Shown piece by piece: positions 37,366 to 46,374 of a stretch of 64,000 nucleotides of DNA. A program made the position numbers and the translations under genes. The DNA is from a virus, in IMG/VR virus record IMGVR_UViG_3300023223_001361, positions 90,113-154,112 of that record; one strand, 5' to 3'. Within the stretch, counting starts at the first letter, position 1; each line of letters begins with the position of its first letter. Under the pieces are notes generated by a model that was given only the letters and a program-made list of their open reading frames with translations, was not told the origin of the DNA and searched no databases.

Positions 37366-37892
37366 TGTGCCTTTATATTGAAACAACTCTTAATGATAGG
37401 AATAATATTTTCAAAAAATATCAAGATGTTGTTTTAACATCTATTCAGAATATTTGTTTGCCTATTGATAATGAATCTGCTTCTCTTCAAAAAGAAGGAG
37501 AAAAATATCTTGATACAAAGAATGTTAATGAGCAATTTAGAAACTTAATACCGGAAAGAGAATGGAAACAAGAAATTTATTTTGGATTAGAAAGATTTGA
37601 TTTTTTTAATTTTAAGGAAGGTATTCGATTAGAAATTCAATTTGGTGCTGATGTTTCAGCTTTTACTAATGTTCATCATTCTGATTTATATTATCAAAAC
37701 CCACATAGATATAATATTAGTACTTTATTGAAGACTATTGTTATAAATGGGTTAATATTGATAGTTAGATGTAAGAAAATCCCATGTGATTCCAGGGTAG
37801 TTTCCTATGAATGGTTAAAAGGAATGATCGGAGAACATATAGAAGGCAGAAAGCTTTCTATTCCCATTTGGTTAATTGGTTTATATGGATAG
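37365..37892 (+). CDS. BglII/BstYI-like PD-(D/E)xK endonuclease
   Basis: FDF...LEIQFG (D..ExQ active site) and later GLIL..V.SYE pattern. Confidence 0.55.
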   Translation: MCLYIETTLNDRNNIFKKYQDVVLTSIQNICLPIDNESASLQKEGEKYLDTKNVNEQFRNLIPEREWKQEIYFGLERFDFFNFKEGIRLEIQFGADVSAFTNVHHSDLYYQNPHRYNISTLLKTIVINGLILIVRCKKIPCDSRVVSYEWLKGMIGEHIEGRKLSIPIWLIGLYG

Positions 37893-38862
37893 TTGGCGTT
37901 CCTATCCAAAGATTTGGAACTTTGGACATGCAGCAATTGTAGACATCTTTAAGGAAGATGTTCTAGTAGAAGAAAAAATTGATGGAAGTCAATTTTCTTT
38001 TGGTCGTTTTGATGGAGTTCTGAAAGCTAAGTCAAAACGTGTTGAACTTGATGCTGAAGCTTGGATTGCTCATGAATGTGATAATGAAATGTTTTATAAA
38101 GCGGTCAAGTCCGCTTCTGAATTAGATTTACATGATGGTTGGACTTATCGTGCTGAATATTTAATGAAACCTAAGCACAATTCTCTTGCATATGATCGTA
38201 TACCAGAGAAAAATTTAATTCTTTTTGATGTTAATACAGGAACAGAACATTATCTTTCTCGGGAAGAAAAGGAGAAAGAAGCTGCTCGCTTGGGACTTGA
38301 AATTGTACCAGTTTTATATACAGGTAAAATTACTAAACCAGATGATTTATTAGATTTAGTAAAAGGTAATTCAATTTTAGGCAATGTGAAACCTGAAGGT
38401 CTTGTTGTTAAGAATTATACTCGTTTTGGTGTAGATGGAAAAGCCTTAATGGCAAAATATGTCTCAGAGGAATTTAAAGAAGTTCATAAACGTGAATGGA
38501 AAGAAACGAATAAAACATCTAAAGATATTTTAACTCAAATTGGAGAAGAGCATAGATCTATTGCACGTTGGCAAAAAGCTTTTCAACGTTTACGTGATGA
38601 GGGTAAAATTGAAAATTCACCAAAGGATATTGGTGCTCTGATTAAAGAAGTACCGCAAGATATCTTAAATGAGTGTAAAGAACAAATTTCTGCTAGATTA
38701 TTTTCTTGGGCATGGCCTCAAATCAAGAGAAAGGCTCTTGCTGGTCTTCCTCAGTGGTATAAAGATAAGCTATTGAAGGATCAATTTGATGGAGGTCCCG
38801 AATTAATATCGGAAAAGATTGCTGCTGGAGTTGAATACGAAGAAGATGGAAAAGAAACTTAA
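37876..38862 (+). CDS. ATP-dependent RNA ligase (Rnl2-like)
   Basis: EEKIDGSQF (KxDG), LFDV, EGLVVK and AKYV.EEFKE. Confidence 0.85.
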   Translation: MVYMDSWRSYPKIWNFGHAAIVDIFKEDVLVEEKIDGSQFSFGRFDGVLKAKSKRVELDAEAWIAHECDNEMFYKAVKSASELDLHDGWTYRAEYLMKPKHNSLAYDRIPEKNLILFDVNTGTEHYLSREEKEKEAARLGLEIVPVLYTGKITKPDDLLDLVKGNSILGNVKPEGLVVKNYTRFGVDGKALMAKYVSEEFKEVHKREWKETNKTSKDILTQIGEEHRSIARWQKAFQRLRDEGKIENSPKDIGALIKEVPQDILNECKEQISARLFSWAWPQIKRKALAGLPQWYKDKLLKDQFDGGPELISEKIAAGVEYEEDGKET

Positions 38863-39808
38863 CATTTTAGTGAAGTCTCATTTCGGTTCCAAACTGTATG
38901 GTACAGATACGCCTTCTTCTGATACAGATTACAAAGGTGTATTCTTGCCGAGCTTTGAAGATGTAGTTTTGCAAAGAGCTAAGAAATCAATCAATTATAA
39001 AACTAATCCAGGTAAAGAACGTAATACCTTTGAAGATATTGATGAGCAATATTTTTCATTGCAGTATTTTTTTGAGCTTTGTGGTAAAGGTGATATGGTA
39101 GCAATTGATTTGCTTCATGCTCCATCACAGTTTTTTATTGACAATGTTTCTCCAATATGGGAAGAAATTCATTCTTTGCGACACAAGTTCATTACTAAGA
39201 ATCTAGCTGGTTACATTGGTTACATTGGTAAGCAAGTTAACAAGTATGGTGCTAAAGGTGGTCGTGTGAAGCTGATAGAGGATACTCTTTCTATTTTGGA
39301 TGGTTTGAATCCAGAAGATAGGTTTGCCGCTGCCTGGGATGCTGTGAAGGATGTTGAAGGTGTCCATGAAGTTTCTGTTGATAAAGGTGAGAAGAGTTAT
39401 ACTTACCTTTCTATTGCTGGCAAGATGTTTGATAGAAATGCTCCTATTAGAATGGTCCGACCACCAATTCAAGCCGAATGGGATAACGTCGGTCAAAGAG
39501 CTTTAGATGCTCGTAATAATAAAAACGTCGATTGGAAAGCAGTATCACATGCTGTGAGAGCTTGTTATCAAGTTGAGGAATTGCTAACCGATGGTGATAT
39601 AACTTTCCCATTGAAGAAAGCTGATTTCATCAAGCAGATCAAATTAGGTAAATTTGATTTCATTGATATTTCTAGAATTCTTGATGATAAGAATGAGCTT
39701 GTTTTTTCTCTATTAAAGAAAGCAGATATACCAGATAAAGTTGATATGAAGCCATTTAATAATATTCTATTTCGGTTGTATGAAAAAAAAGCTTATGAAA
39801 GATCTTAA
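38846..39808 (+). CDS. Pol-beta superfamily nucleotidyltransferase (RlaP/NrdC.11-like)
   Basis: FGSKLYGTDTPSSDTDYKGVF (GSx10DxD); WKAVSHAVR. Confidence 0.85.
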   Translation: MEKKLNILVKSHFGSKLYGTDTPSSDTDYKGVFLPSFEDVVLQRAKKSINYKTNPGKERNTFEDIDEQYFSLQYFFELCGKGDMVAIDLLHAPSQFFIDNVSPIWEEIHSLRHKFITKNLAGYIGYIGKQVNKYGAKGGRVKLIEDTLSILDGLNPEDRFAAAWDAVKDVEGVHEVSVDKGEKSYTYLSIAGKMFDRNAPIRMVRPPIQAEWDNVGQRALDARNNKNVDWKAVSHAVRACYQVEELLTDGDITFPLKKADFIKQIKLGKFDFIDISRILDDKNELVFSLLKKADIPDKVDMKPFNNILFRLYEKKAYERS

Positions 39809-39995
39809 AAAACTAAAAAATAAATTAACTTTGAATAATCTTTCAGTATCTTTTATTGGTTTTTTTCTTGCTGCGTTAATTTTTGAATGGTTATGGAATA
39901 GTTCACTTGTACCTGCTATCCAATTATTAAATAATATTGGTTATTTTCAAGCTTGTGGGATTCTATTAATTGCTAGATGCATTTTTAGAAAATGA
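39780..39995 (+). CDS. small membrane protein
   Basis: two hydrophobic helices. Confidence 0.55.
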   Translation: MKKKLMKDLKKLKNKLTLNNLSVSFIGFFLAALIFEWLWNSSLVPAIQLLNNIGYFQACGILLIARCIFRK

Positions 39996-40076
39996 TATAT
40001 CTTGTTGAATTTGGGAGAAACAACAATTAACATTACTTCCATTTGAAGATGGGTATAATAGAATTAGCAAAACATT

Positions 40077-40550
40077 ATGAGAGATGAAGAAAAATCAGAG
40101 TGGCGAAGTTATCATTTAATGGATCACACTAGATTGAAGGGCGACTTTCCAAATCTGTATAAGATTATGTTGATAGGTAGAAGCAAAGATTCTCCTTCTT
40201 GGTGGATTCAGTATGGTGGTATTGAGTGTGGTCTCGGTTGGGAACAAATCATTGCTGACCTTTCCGAAAAGATAGAAAATCTAATCCTTGAATTGCCAGA
40301 AGACGAACGAGACGATTATTATGTTCAGCAAATTAAGTCTAAGTTTGGCGGTCTAAGATTTTATATGAGTAGAGAAACACAACAAATGTCAAAAGCTATT
40401 TTTGAAGCTGAAGGACAATCTTTTGAGACTTGCGAAAACTGTAGTAAGCCGGCGGTTTGTCAACCACATTGCGGCTGGGTTGTTACTCTTTGTGATGAAC
40501 ATTTAGGTATTAGAGCTGAAAGACTTAAAGAGAGGAATGATGCAGGATAA
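40077..40550 (+). CDS. conserved phage hypothetical protein
   Basis: ECG.GW; QIKSKFGGLRFY; CENCS...CDEH. Confidence 0.75.
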   Translation: MRDEEKSEWRSYHLMDHTRLKGDFPNLYKIMLIGRSKDSPSWWIQYGGIECGLGWEQIIADLSEKIENLILELPEDERDDYYVQQIKSKFGGLRFYMSRETQQMSKAIFEAEGQSFETCENCSKPAVCQPHCGWVVTLCDEHLGIRAERLKERNDAG

Positions 40551-41079
40551 AGGTTTAGTTAAAAAGAAAACCAATACCGAAACTCTATTAGATCAAGCTG
40601 TACAAGCGAAAGCTATTCGTATGGAGCATAAGGAGAGGATTGATCAAATTGATGGTGTCTTTGGTAAGCTGCTTAGAAAACAGTTTGATGGCGAGACTAC
40701 TGAATCTCAAGATTTGTTTCTTGGTATGATGTTAGATAATTATCGATATTCTGAAGATGTGAAGATTGCTAAGAAAGAGGTATTTAAAAAGATTCCTAAA
40801 CCACCAAAACCACAATACAACTATCCAGGTGGTGTACCCCCTCTTGAAGTCCGTAAAGGTTTGAAAGATGGAAGTGCTTCGGATGAGGAGAAGAAAAAAG
40901 CGCAAGAAGATTACGATGTTTTTATGACATATGCCAGAGGTATGGTAAGATATAAGAAAGGTATCATTGTCCAACGTAGGATGAAGATTAATCATGAAGA
41001 TTTAAAACTTAGAACAAAAAAAAGACGTAAGAAGAATAAGACTGCTCGCAAGGCTCGACGAGTTAACCGAAAAGGATAA
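40537..41079 (+). CDS. hypothetical basic protein
   Basis: 180 aa, Arg/Lys-rich tail. Confidence 0.65.
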   Translation: MMQDKGLVKKKTNTETLLDQAVQAKAIRMEHKERIDQIDGVFGKLLRKQFDGETTESQDLFLGMMLDNYRYSEDVKIAKKEVFKKIPKPPKPQYNYPGGVPPLEVRKGLKDGSASDEEKKKAQEDYDVFMTYARGMVRYKKGIIVQRRMKINHEDLKLRTKKRRKKNKTARKARRVNRKG

Positions 41080-41265
41080 ATAATTCAATGAAACGTATTT
41101 TTTGGTTCTTCTTTCCCAAGAAGAACAAACTCCAAGAAGAAGTTAAGGCTTTGAAACGAATGGCGAAAAGGTCAAATAGAAACCACAATTCTTGGTATTC
41201 GAGTCCAAATCGACAATAATTTCAGCAATTTAAAATCCTTGACAAATACCTAATAAAAATGTATA

Positions 41266-41469
41266 ATGCAACTAGAGATATATGTAATGAATAAAGAATA
41301 TCGAGTTGCTAAGAAAACTGTAGCATTGGTACAAATTTATGAGAATTTAACTATTAAAGCAAAAAATATTGAAGAAGCTCAGGATTTGGCAAAAGAAAAA
41401 GATATTAATCTGAAAAAGTCCAAAATCCAAATAGCCAGCGTTCAAGATATTAATATTTTTGTTTATTAG
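41266..41469 (+). CDS. hypothetical protein
   Basis: downstream of a TTGACA-N17-TATAAT promoter. Confidence 0.5.
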   Translation: MQLEIYVMNKEYRVAKKTVALVQIYENLTIKAKNIEEAQDLAKEKDINLKKSKIQIASVQDINIFVY

Positions 41470-41977
41470 AGGAAATATTATGAGTGAAGAACCTAAATTC
41501 GTTGAAGAGTTATTAGTGAAGGAAGAACCGATAAAAAGTATGCTATATTATATGGCTTCTCCTTATACAGCTAAAGATGCTCAAGGGAATTCTCCCACAG
41601 AAAAATTGCTTGAAGATAGAGCTGAGAGAGCTACTAAAGCTGCTATCGAACTATTGAAACAAGGTGTTTATGTTTTTGCTCCAATAGCTTATAATGCTCC
41701 TTGGGAAAGACATGAAAATAATCTTCCTAAAGAGTGGTGGTTTTGGCAAAAATATGATGAAGCATTTGTTGAAAGAATGGATGCACTTATCGTATTACAG
41801 TTAGAAGGATGGCAACATTCAACTGGGGTTAAAGCAGAAATCGAGTTTGCTACTAAAATTGCTCGGCCTGTTATTTTTTTATCTGAGGAACAGATTTATT
41901 CTCGAAATCTCCCGGATACTCTTGTTAAAACAGGAAAGGATATTTCAGACGGTTATCCCACTGCTCCAACAGAATAG
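41459..41977 (+). CDS. nucleoside deoxyribosyltransferase-like (DUF1937-type) protein
   Basis: YMASPYT; D.LIVL.L.GW..S.GV..EIEFA. Confidence 0.7.
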   Translation: MFIRGNIMSEEPKFVEELLVKEEPIKSMLYYMASPYTAKDAQGNSPTEKLLEDRAERATKAAIELLKQGVYVFAPIAYNAPWERHENNLPKEWWFWQKYDEAFVERMDALIVLQLEGWQHSTGVKAEIEFATKIARPVIFLSEEQIYSRNLPDTLVKTGKDISDGYPTAPTE

Positions 41978-41992
41978 TAATTTTATAATTCT

Positions 41993-42000
41993 TATAAATA
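41993..42000 (+). promoter_or_regulatory. T4-type late promoter
   Basis: TATAAATA. Confidence 0.6.
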
Positions 42001-42022
42001 TTACTGAGGATTAGGAATAACT

Positions 42023-42283
42023 ATGCCGGTCTATGAATATCAATGTAAATTATGTAACCACTTTTTTCAAGTCCTTCTTAAAATTGGAGATCGAAAAACT
42101 CCTATAAAAAATCCCTGTTCTCAATGTGGTGAGATTGGAATCCAGCAATTGATTTCAAAATCTGCAATTATCGATCCTTTTACTTTGGGGAGAATCAAAC
42201 CACAAAGGGAATTTCAAGAAAAAGCCAAAAGTCTTAATAGATATTACCGAAGGGATATCATAAAAGATATAGATAAAAAATAA
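42023..42283 (+). CDS. FmdB-family zinc-ribbon protein
   Basis: MPVYEYQCKLCNH.F...CSQCG. Confidence 0.85.
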   Translation: MPVYEYQCKLCNHFFQVLLKIGDRKTPIKNPCSQCGEIGIQQLISKSAIIDPFTLGRIKPQREFQEKAKSLNRYYRRDIIKDIDKK

Positions 42284-42286
42284 AGG

Positions 42287-42661
42287 ATGAGGAATTTTGC
42301 ATTAAAGATTCGATATATTTTACTATTCATTTTGCAAATTTTGGATGGATTATTTACATATTTGGGAGTGCAAAAATTTAGAACAATAAATGTGGAAGGG
42401 AATCCAATTGTTCATTATGTTATGTCTCAACTTGGTCCAGCAGAAGGTTTAATAACTATCAAATTAATTGCTTGTTTATTTTTGGTTATTTTATTTTATC
42501 AGACTATGAAAGATACTATTCGTATCAAATTATTTCCCCGATGTTTAGATTTTTTTATATTATTATATTCTGTTGTAGTTTGGACTTGGTTTGAATTGCT
42601 TTTCATGGAAACTCAACCTATTGGTAATTTCATTTCACATGTTATCCACTCAATTTTATAG
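42287..42661 (+). CDS. membrane protein (DUF5658-like)
   Basis: LDGLFTYLG...EGNPIV; several TM helices. Confidence 0.65.
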   Translation: MRNFALKIRYILLFILQILDGLFTYLGVQKFRTINVEGNPIVHYVMSQLGPAEGLITIKLIACLFLVILFYQTMKDTIRIKLFPRCLDFFILLYSVVVWTWFELLFMETQPIGNFISHVIHSIL

Positions 42662-42677
42662 CAGGAGCTAATATTTA

Positions 42678-43370
42678 ATGGCAAAAGGCCGTAATGTGAA
42701 TCAATCGGAAAGAGTAATAACTTTTGAACCAATTACACAAAATCAAAAAAATGCTGTTGATGCTTTTTATCATGGAAAGAATTTATTATTACACGGAATT
42801 GCTGGAACAGGAAAAACATATTGTGCTTTAGCATTAGCTTTGAAAGAAATATATCGTACAAGGAAATATCAAAAGATAGTTATAATTAGGAGTATTGTTC
42901 CTACTAGAGATATGGGATTTTTACCGGGAACTCTACAAGAAAAAACTCAGATTTATGAATTACCTTATAAAGCATTATTTTCTGAGATATGTGAAAAGGT
43001 TAATGCATATCAAAGTTTAAAGAAGCAAGATATTGTGGAGTTTATTTCGACTTCTTATGTAAGAGGAATTACATTAAGTAATTGTATTGTTATTGTGGAT
43101 GAAATTAATAATATGAATTTCCATGAACTTGATTCAATTATTACTAGAATAGGTGAAAATTGCCGAATAATTTTTTGCGGTGATTATCGCCAGAGTGATT
43201 TAACTAAGGAGTGTGAAAAAGATGGAATTCATGAGTTTATGGATATTGTTGAATGTATGAATTCTTTTGCATTTGTGGAATTTGGTATAGATGATATAGT
43301 AAGAAGTTCCTTAGTGAAAGAATATATTATTGAAAAGGATCGAATTGATAATGAGCGAAAAAATAACTAG
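42678..43370 (+). CDS. phoH: PhoH-like ATPase
   Basis: GIAGTGKT, GFLPG, RG.TL, VDE.NN and GDYRQSD. Confidence 0.93.
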   Translation: MAKGRNVNQSERVITFEPITQNQKNAVDAFYHGKNLLLHGIAGTGKTYCALALALKEIYRTRKYQKIVIIRSIVPTRDMGFLPGTLQEKTQIYELPYKALFSEICEKVNAYQSLKKQDIVEFISTSYVRGITLSNCIVIVDEINNMNFHELDSIITRIGENCRIIFCGDYRQSDLTKECEKDGIHEFMDIVECMNSFAFVEFGIDDIVRSSLVKEYIIEKDRIDNERKNN

Positions 43371-44262
43371 ACCCTTATTGGCTGGTAAAGCTGAAGATCT
43401 ATCAAAAATTATTTATCCAGTATATGCTACCCCAAAGCTAGATGGTATTCGTTGTCTGAAAGTTGATGGTAAAGTAGTTACCAGAAATTTCAAAGATCTT
43501 CCAAATAAATTTACAAGAGAAATATTAGAAAAGTGTTTACCTGATGGTGTTGACGGTGAAGTGATGCTTCAGTATGGAGAAAATTTTAATACTATTCAAT
43601 CTGGTATTATGCGTCAATCTGGTGAACCATCTTTTACCTATCATATATTTGATTATGTTAAAGATGGTTTAGATAAATCGTATATACGAAGAATAGCAGA
43701 TTTGCGCCGATGGTGGTACAATGCTGGCAGTGACCTGCCACCTTGGAGAATCTATATTCTTCTCCCAACAAGATTAGATAATGAAAAACAATTACTTTCT
43801 TATGAAAAGGGGTGTTTGAAAAAAGGATATGAAGGAGTAATGATCCGATCACCCTATGGTCGTTATAAATGCGGACGTTCTACAGCTAAAGAAGGTATTC
43901 TTTTAAAGATTAAAAAATTTTTTGATTCTGAAGCAACTGTTCTTGGTCTTGTTGAAAAGATGACTAATACCAATGCTAAAGAGAAAGATGCTTTTGGGAA
44001 CTCTAAGCGTTCGTCACATAAAGCAGGAAAGGTGCCTGCTGGAACTTTAGGTGCATTGGAAGTTGAACAAAATATTCCAGGTCTAGGATTGGTCACTTTC
44101 AATATTGGTTCTGGATTTGATGATAAAATTAGAGAAAAAATTTGGAATAATTCTGATGAATATATCGGAAAATCGGTCAAATATAAGTATCAAGAATTGG
44201 GCAAAGAAGCTCCTAGATTTCCAGTATTCCTTGGTTTTCGTCATGAAGATGACATGTCATAA
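43351..44262 (+). CDS. ATP-dependent DNA ligase
   Basis: PKLDGIR, DGE, YEGVMIR, LLKIK, GSGF and RFPVF. Confidence 0.93.
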   Translation: MSEKITRPLLAGKAEDLSKIIYPVYATPKLDGIRCLKVDGKVVTRNFKDLPNKFTREILEKCLPDGVDGEVMLQYGENFNTIQSGIMRQSGEPSFTYHIFDYVKDGLDKSYIRRIADLRRWWYNAGSDLPPWRIYILLPTRLDNEKQLLSYEKGCLKKGYEGVMIRSPYGRYKCGRSTAKEGILLKIKKFFDSEATVLGLVEKMTNTNAKEKDAFGNSKRSSHKAGKVPAGTLGALEVEQNIPGLGLVTFNIGSGFDDKIREKIWNNSDEYIGKSVKYKYQELGKEAPRFPVFLGFRHEDDMS

Positions 44263-44267
44263 TTTTC

Positions 44268-44296
44268 TTGACTTTCTCTTCAGAATTTTGTATAAT
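44268..44296 (+). promoter_or_regulatory. sigma70-type promoter heading the kinase-tmRNA-tRNA operon
   Basis: TTGACT-N17-TATAAT. Confidence 0.75.
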
Positions 44297-44331
44297 TAGA
44301 GTTGCTTAAATTATTTTATGGAGATTTCCTT

Positions 44332-45051
44332 ATGTCATTCAAAGCTATCGTTTTTTTGTTAGGTCATCAAGCTGGTGTGGGCAAAGACACCCTCGGTAAT
44401 CATCTTATTGGAAAAGAAGGTTTTATTAGATTTGCATTTGCTGATAAGTTGAAAGAATCTGTAGCGGATTTGTATGGTTTCACGAGACAGCAAATGTATA
44501 CTGATGAAGGAAAGAATATACCAGATGAAAGATATGAGAAATTTGGATGGTCGGAATGTGTACCTGGAGCTGAACAATTCCATGAGGCTAGATGGATTAA
44601 GAAAGGATATTATACGCCAAGAGAAATTCTTCAAGATTTTGGTCAAGAACAAAGAGCAAGATTTCCAGATATTTGGGCAGATTATGTTTTTCGACAAATC
44701 GAAGCTAGACTAGAATCTGATCTTTCAGATTTAGAAGATAGAGAGCCTGGAAGATTTGTTGTGACAGATTTTCGCTTTCCAAATGAATTTACGGTAGCTA
44801 GGAAATATGCTGCTAAATTGAATATTAAGATTATACCTGTCAAAATTGTACGGCCTGGAAAGAGAGATGATTTTCCTGGAGTATTGAATGTTAGTGAAAC
44901 TGCTTTGAATGATTTCACACAATGGAAACATATTCTTCGGAATGATGGAAGTATTGATGATTTGTATACTAAATACAAATCTCTAGATATAAATTATTTT
45001 GGGGGCGAAATGGGTTCGACGAGGGAAGTCAGAACTGAAGTAAGCGTGTAG
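44332..45051 (+). CDS. deoxynucleoside monophosphate kinase (T4 gp1-like); last 17 codons lie inside the tmRNA
   Basis: G.AGVGKDT, FADKLKE, PREILQ.FG, VVTDFRFPNE and NDGS; GGAG RBS before ATG 44332. Confidence 0.88.
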   Translation: MSFKAIVFLLGHQAGVGKDTLGNHLIGKEGFIRFAFADKLKESVADLYGFTRQQMYTDEGKNIPDERYEKFGWSECVPGAEQFHEARWIKKGYYTPREILQDFGQEQRARFPDIWADYVFRQIEARLESDLSDLEDREPGRFVVTDFRFPNEFTVARKYAAKLNIKIIPVKIVRPGKRDDFPGVLNVSETALNDFTQWKHILRNDGSIDDLYTKYKSLDINYFGGEMGSTREVRTEVSV

Positions 45052-45377
45052 AGGATAGGTAGTAGGCCTCTTTAATCATCTGCCTAAAGCTTTAATCGCA
45101 GCTAATCAAGACGATTACGCAGTTTACGCCCTAGCGGCATAACCTGTTTCTCACTCCATAGAGAGTGAGCGATCGAAGAATGAGATGTCTATGGTAATTC
45201 TAAGATCGTCATCCACTATAGAATCGGAATTGTAAGTCTGGAGCAGTTCTTAAATAAACAGACAAAATTCTTGTTAGTTTGTTCGTTTGTAAACAAGAGT
45301 ATCAAAACGAAATATACACGTAGAAATCTTTTGTAATGTTCTCTCGGACGCCGGTTCGATTCCGGCCGCTTCCACCA
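45001..45377 (+). ncRNA. ssrA: transfer-messenger RNA (tmRNA), 377 nt; tag (A)AANQDDYAVYALAA at 45098-45142
   Basis: GGGGGCG...GGTTCGAC 5' end, 3' T-arm GCCGGTTCGATTCCGGC + CGCTTCCACCA, G3-U70, resume context TAATC-GCA, tag ending YALAA*. Confidence 0.97.
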
Positions 45378-45389
45378 AATTTTGTTTAT

Positions 45390-45464
45390 GGTCCTTTGGT
45401 GAACTGGCTATCACACTACCCTGTCACGGTGGAGTAATGGGATCGATACCCGTAGGGACCGCCA
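45390..45464 (+). tRNA. tRNA-Asp(GUC)
   Basis: cloverleaf, loop CTGTCAC, G73, CCA. Confidence 0.92.
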
Positions 45465-45482
45465 TTTATAGTGGATAAGATA

Positions 45483-45851
45483 ATGAAACATTATATTGTA
45501 GAAATTAGACAAAGTGAATTTGATGGGAGGAAAACTTTTTACTTCACTGATGCTAAGGAAGGCGAAATGTTTCCTTGTGATATAGTATTATCTGACAAAT
45601 TTGGCGATACTAGTATTTTTCCTTGTACTATAGCTTGTGCTAGATATGGTGGAACTTACGAAGGTGGGAAGTGGCTAGCATTTCCAAAAGATGCAAACAA
45701 GTTGCCTCAAGATTATAATAGTAGTGATATTTCTTGTGCTTGTTTTTGGGAAAATTATGATGAATTTGTTGGTAAAGGTGATTCACCGCAAGAAGCATAT
45801 GATAATTTATTGAAACAATTGGATGAAAGAATAAAAATGGAGACTAAATAA
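45483..45851 (+). CDS. hypothetical protein
   Basis: ARYGGTYEGGKWLAF motif. Confidence 0.65.
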   Translation: MKHYIVEIRQSEFDGRKTFYFTDAKEGEMFPCDIVLSDKFGDTSIFPCTIACARYGGTYEGGKWLAFPKDANKLPQDYNSSDISCACFWENYDEFVGKGDSPQEAYDNLLKQLDERIKMETK

Positions 45852-46135
45852 TGGGACTTATACCTGTAGGGAAAAGAGTATTAGTGAGAGAAGCAGAAGC
45901 AAAAGAAACTACAGAAAGTGGACTTTTTCTTCCTGTGAATGCTCAACAGGAAATGATTACTCAAGGTGAGGTATTATGTGTGCCAGAAGTGGTCGAAAAA
46001 GATGTTGAAATACCTGTTGACAAAGGTGATAAGATATTGTATAATAGAAATGTAGCTGTTCCAGTTAAGGATTTAACAGGGGAACAATTATTCACTGTAG
46101 ACTTCGAGAGGATTCTAGTAAAGTTTAGAGACTGA
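45851..46135 (+). CDS. groES: co-chaperonin GroES
   Basis: P.GKRVLV...E.T.SGLFLP; GEVL.V; GDKILY. Confidence 0.9.
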   Translation: MGLIPVGKRVLVREAEAKETTESGLFLPVNAQQEMITQGEVLCVPEVVEKDVEIPVDKGDKILYNRNVAVPVKDLTGEQLFTVDFERILVKFRD

Positions 46136-46175
46136 TATGAGATCGGAAATTCATCATATAAGCTTCACATCAAAT

Positions 46176-46250
46176 GGTGTGCGTAGCTTAATGGTAAAGC
46201 ACCAGGCTGTGAACCTGGTGACACGAGTTCGATTCTCGTCGTACACCCCA
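46176..46250 (+). tRNA. tRNA-His(GUG)
   Basis: G-1:C73, loop CTGTGAA, CCA. Confidence 0.93.
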
Positions 46251-46276
46251 CTTCCGCCCGTTAGGGTGTAATTTAA

Positions 46277-46366
46277 CGGGGTGTAGGTCCGTAATCTGGT
46301 AGCGGTCTCGCTTTGGAAGCGAGTGGCATAATGCCCTTGGAGGTTCAAATCCTCTTGCCCCGACCA
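46277..46366 (+). tRNA. tRNA-Pro(UGG), atypical (long variable arm, A37)
   Basis: C1-G72, A73, CTCGC-TTTGGAA-GCGAG, GGCA-TAA-TGCC extra arm, CCA. Confidence 0.85.
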
Positions 46367-46374
46367 TTTTTTAA

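Noticed and set aside
46154-46348. Minus-strand ORF MNLQGHY...
   Set aside because: It is the antisense of tRNA-His and tRNA-Pro.
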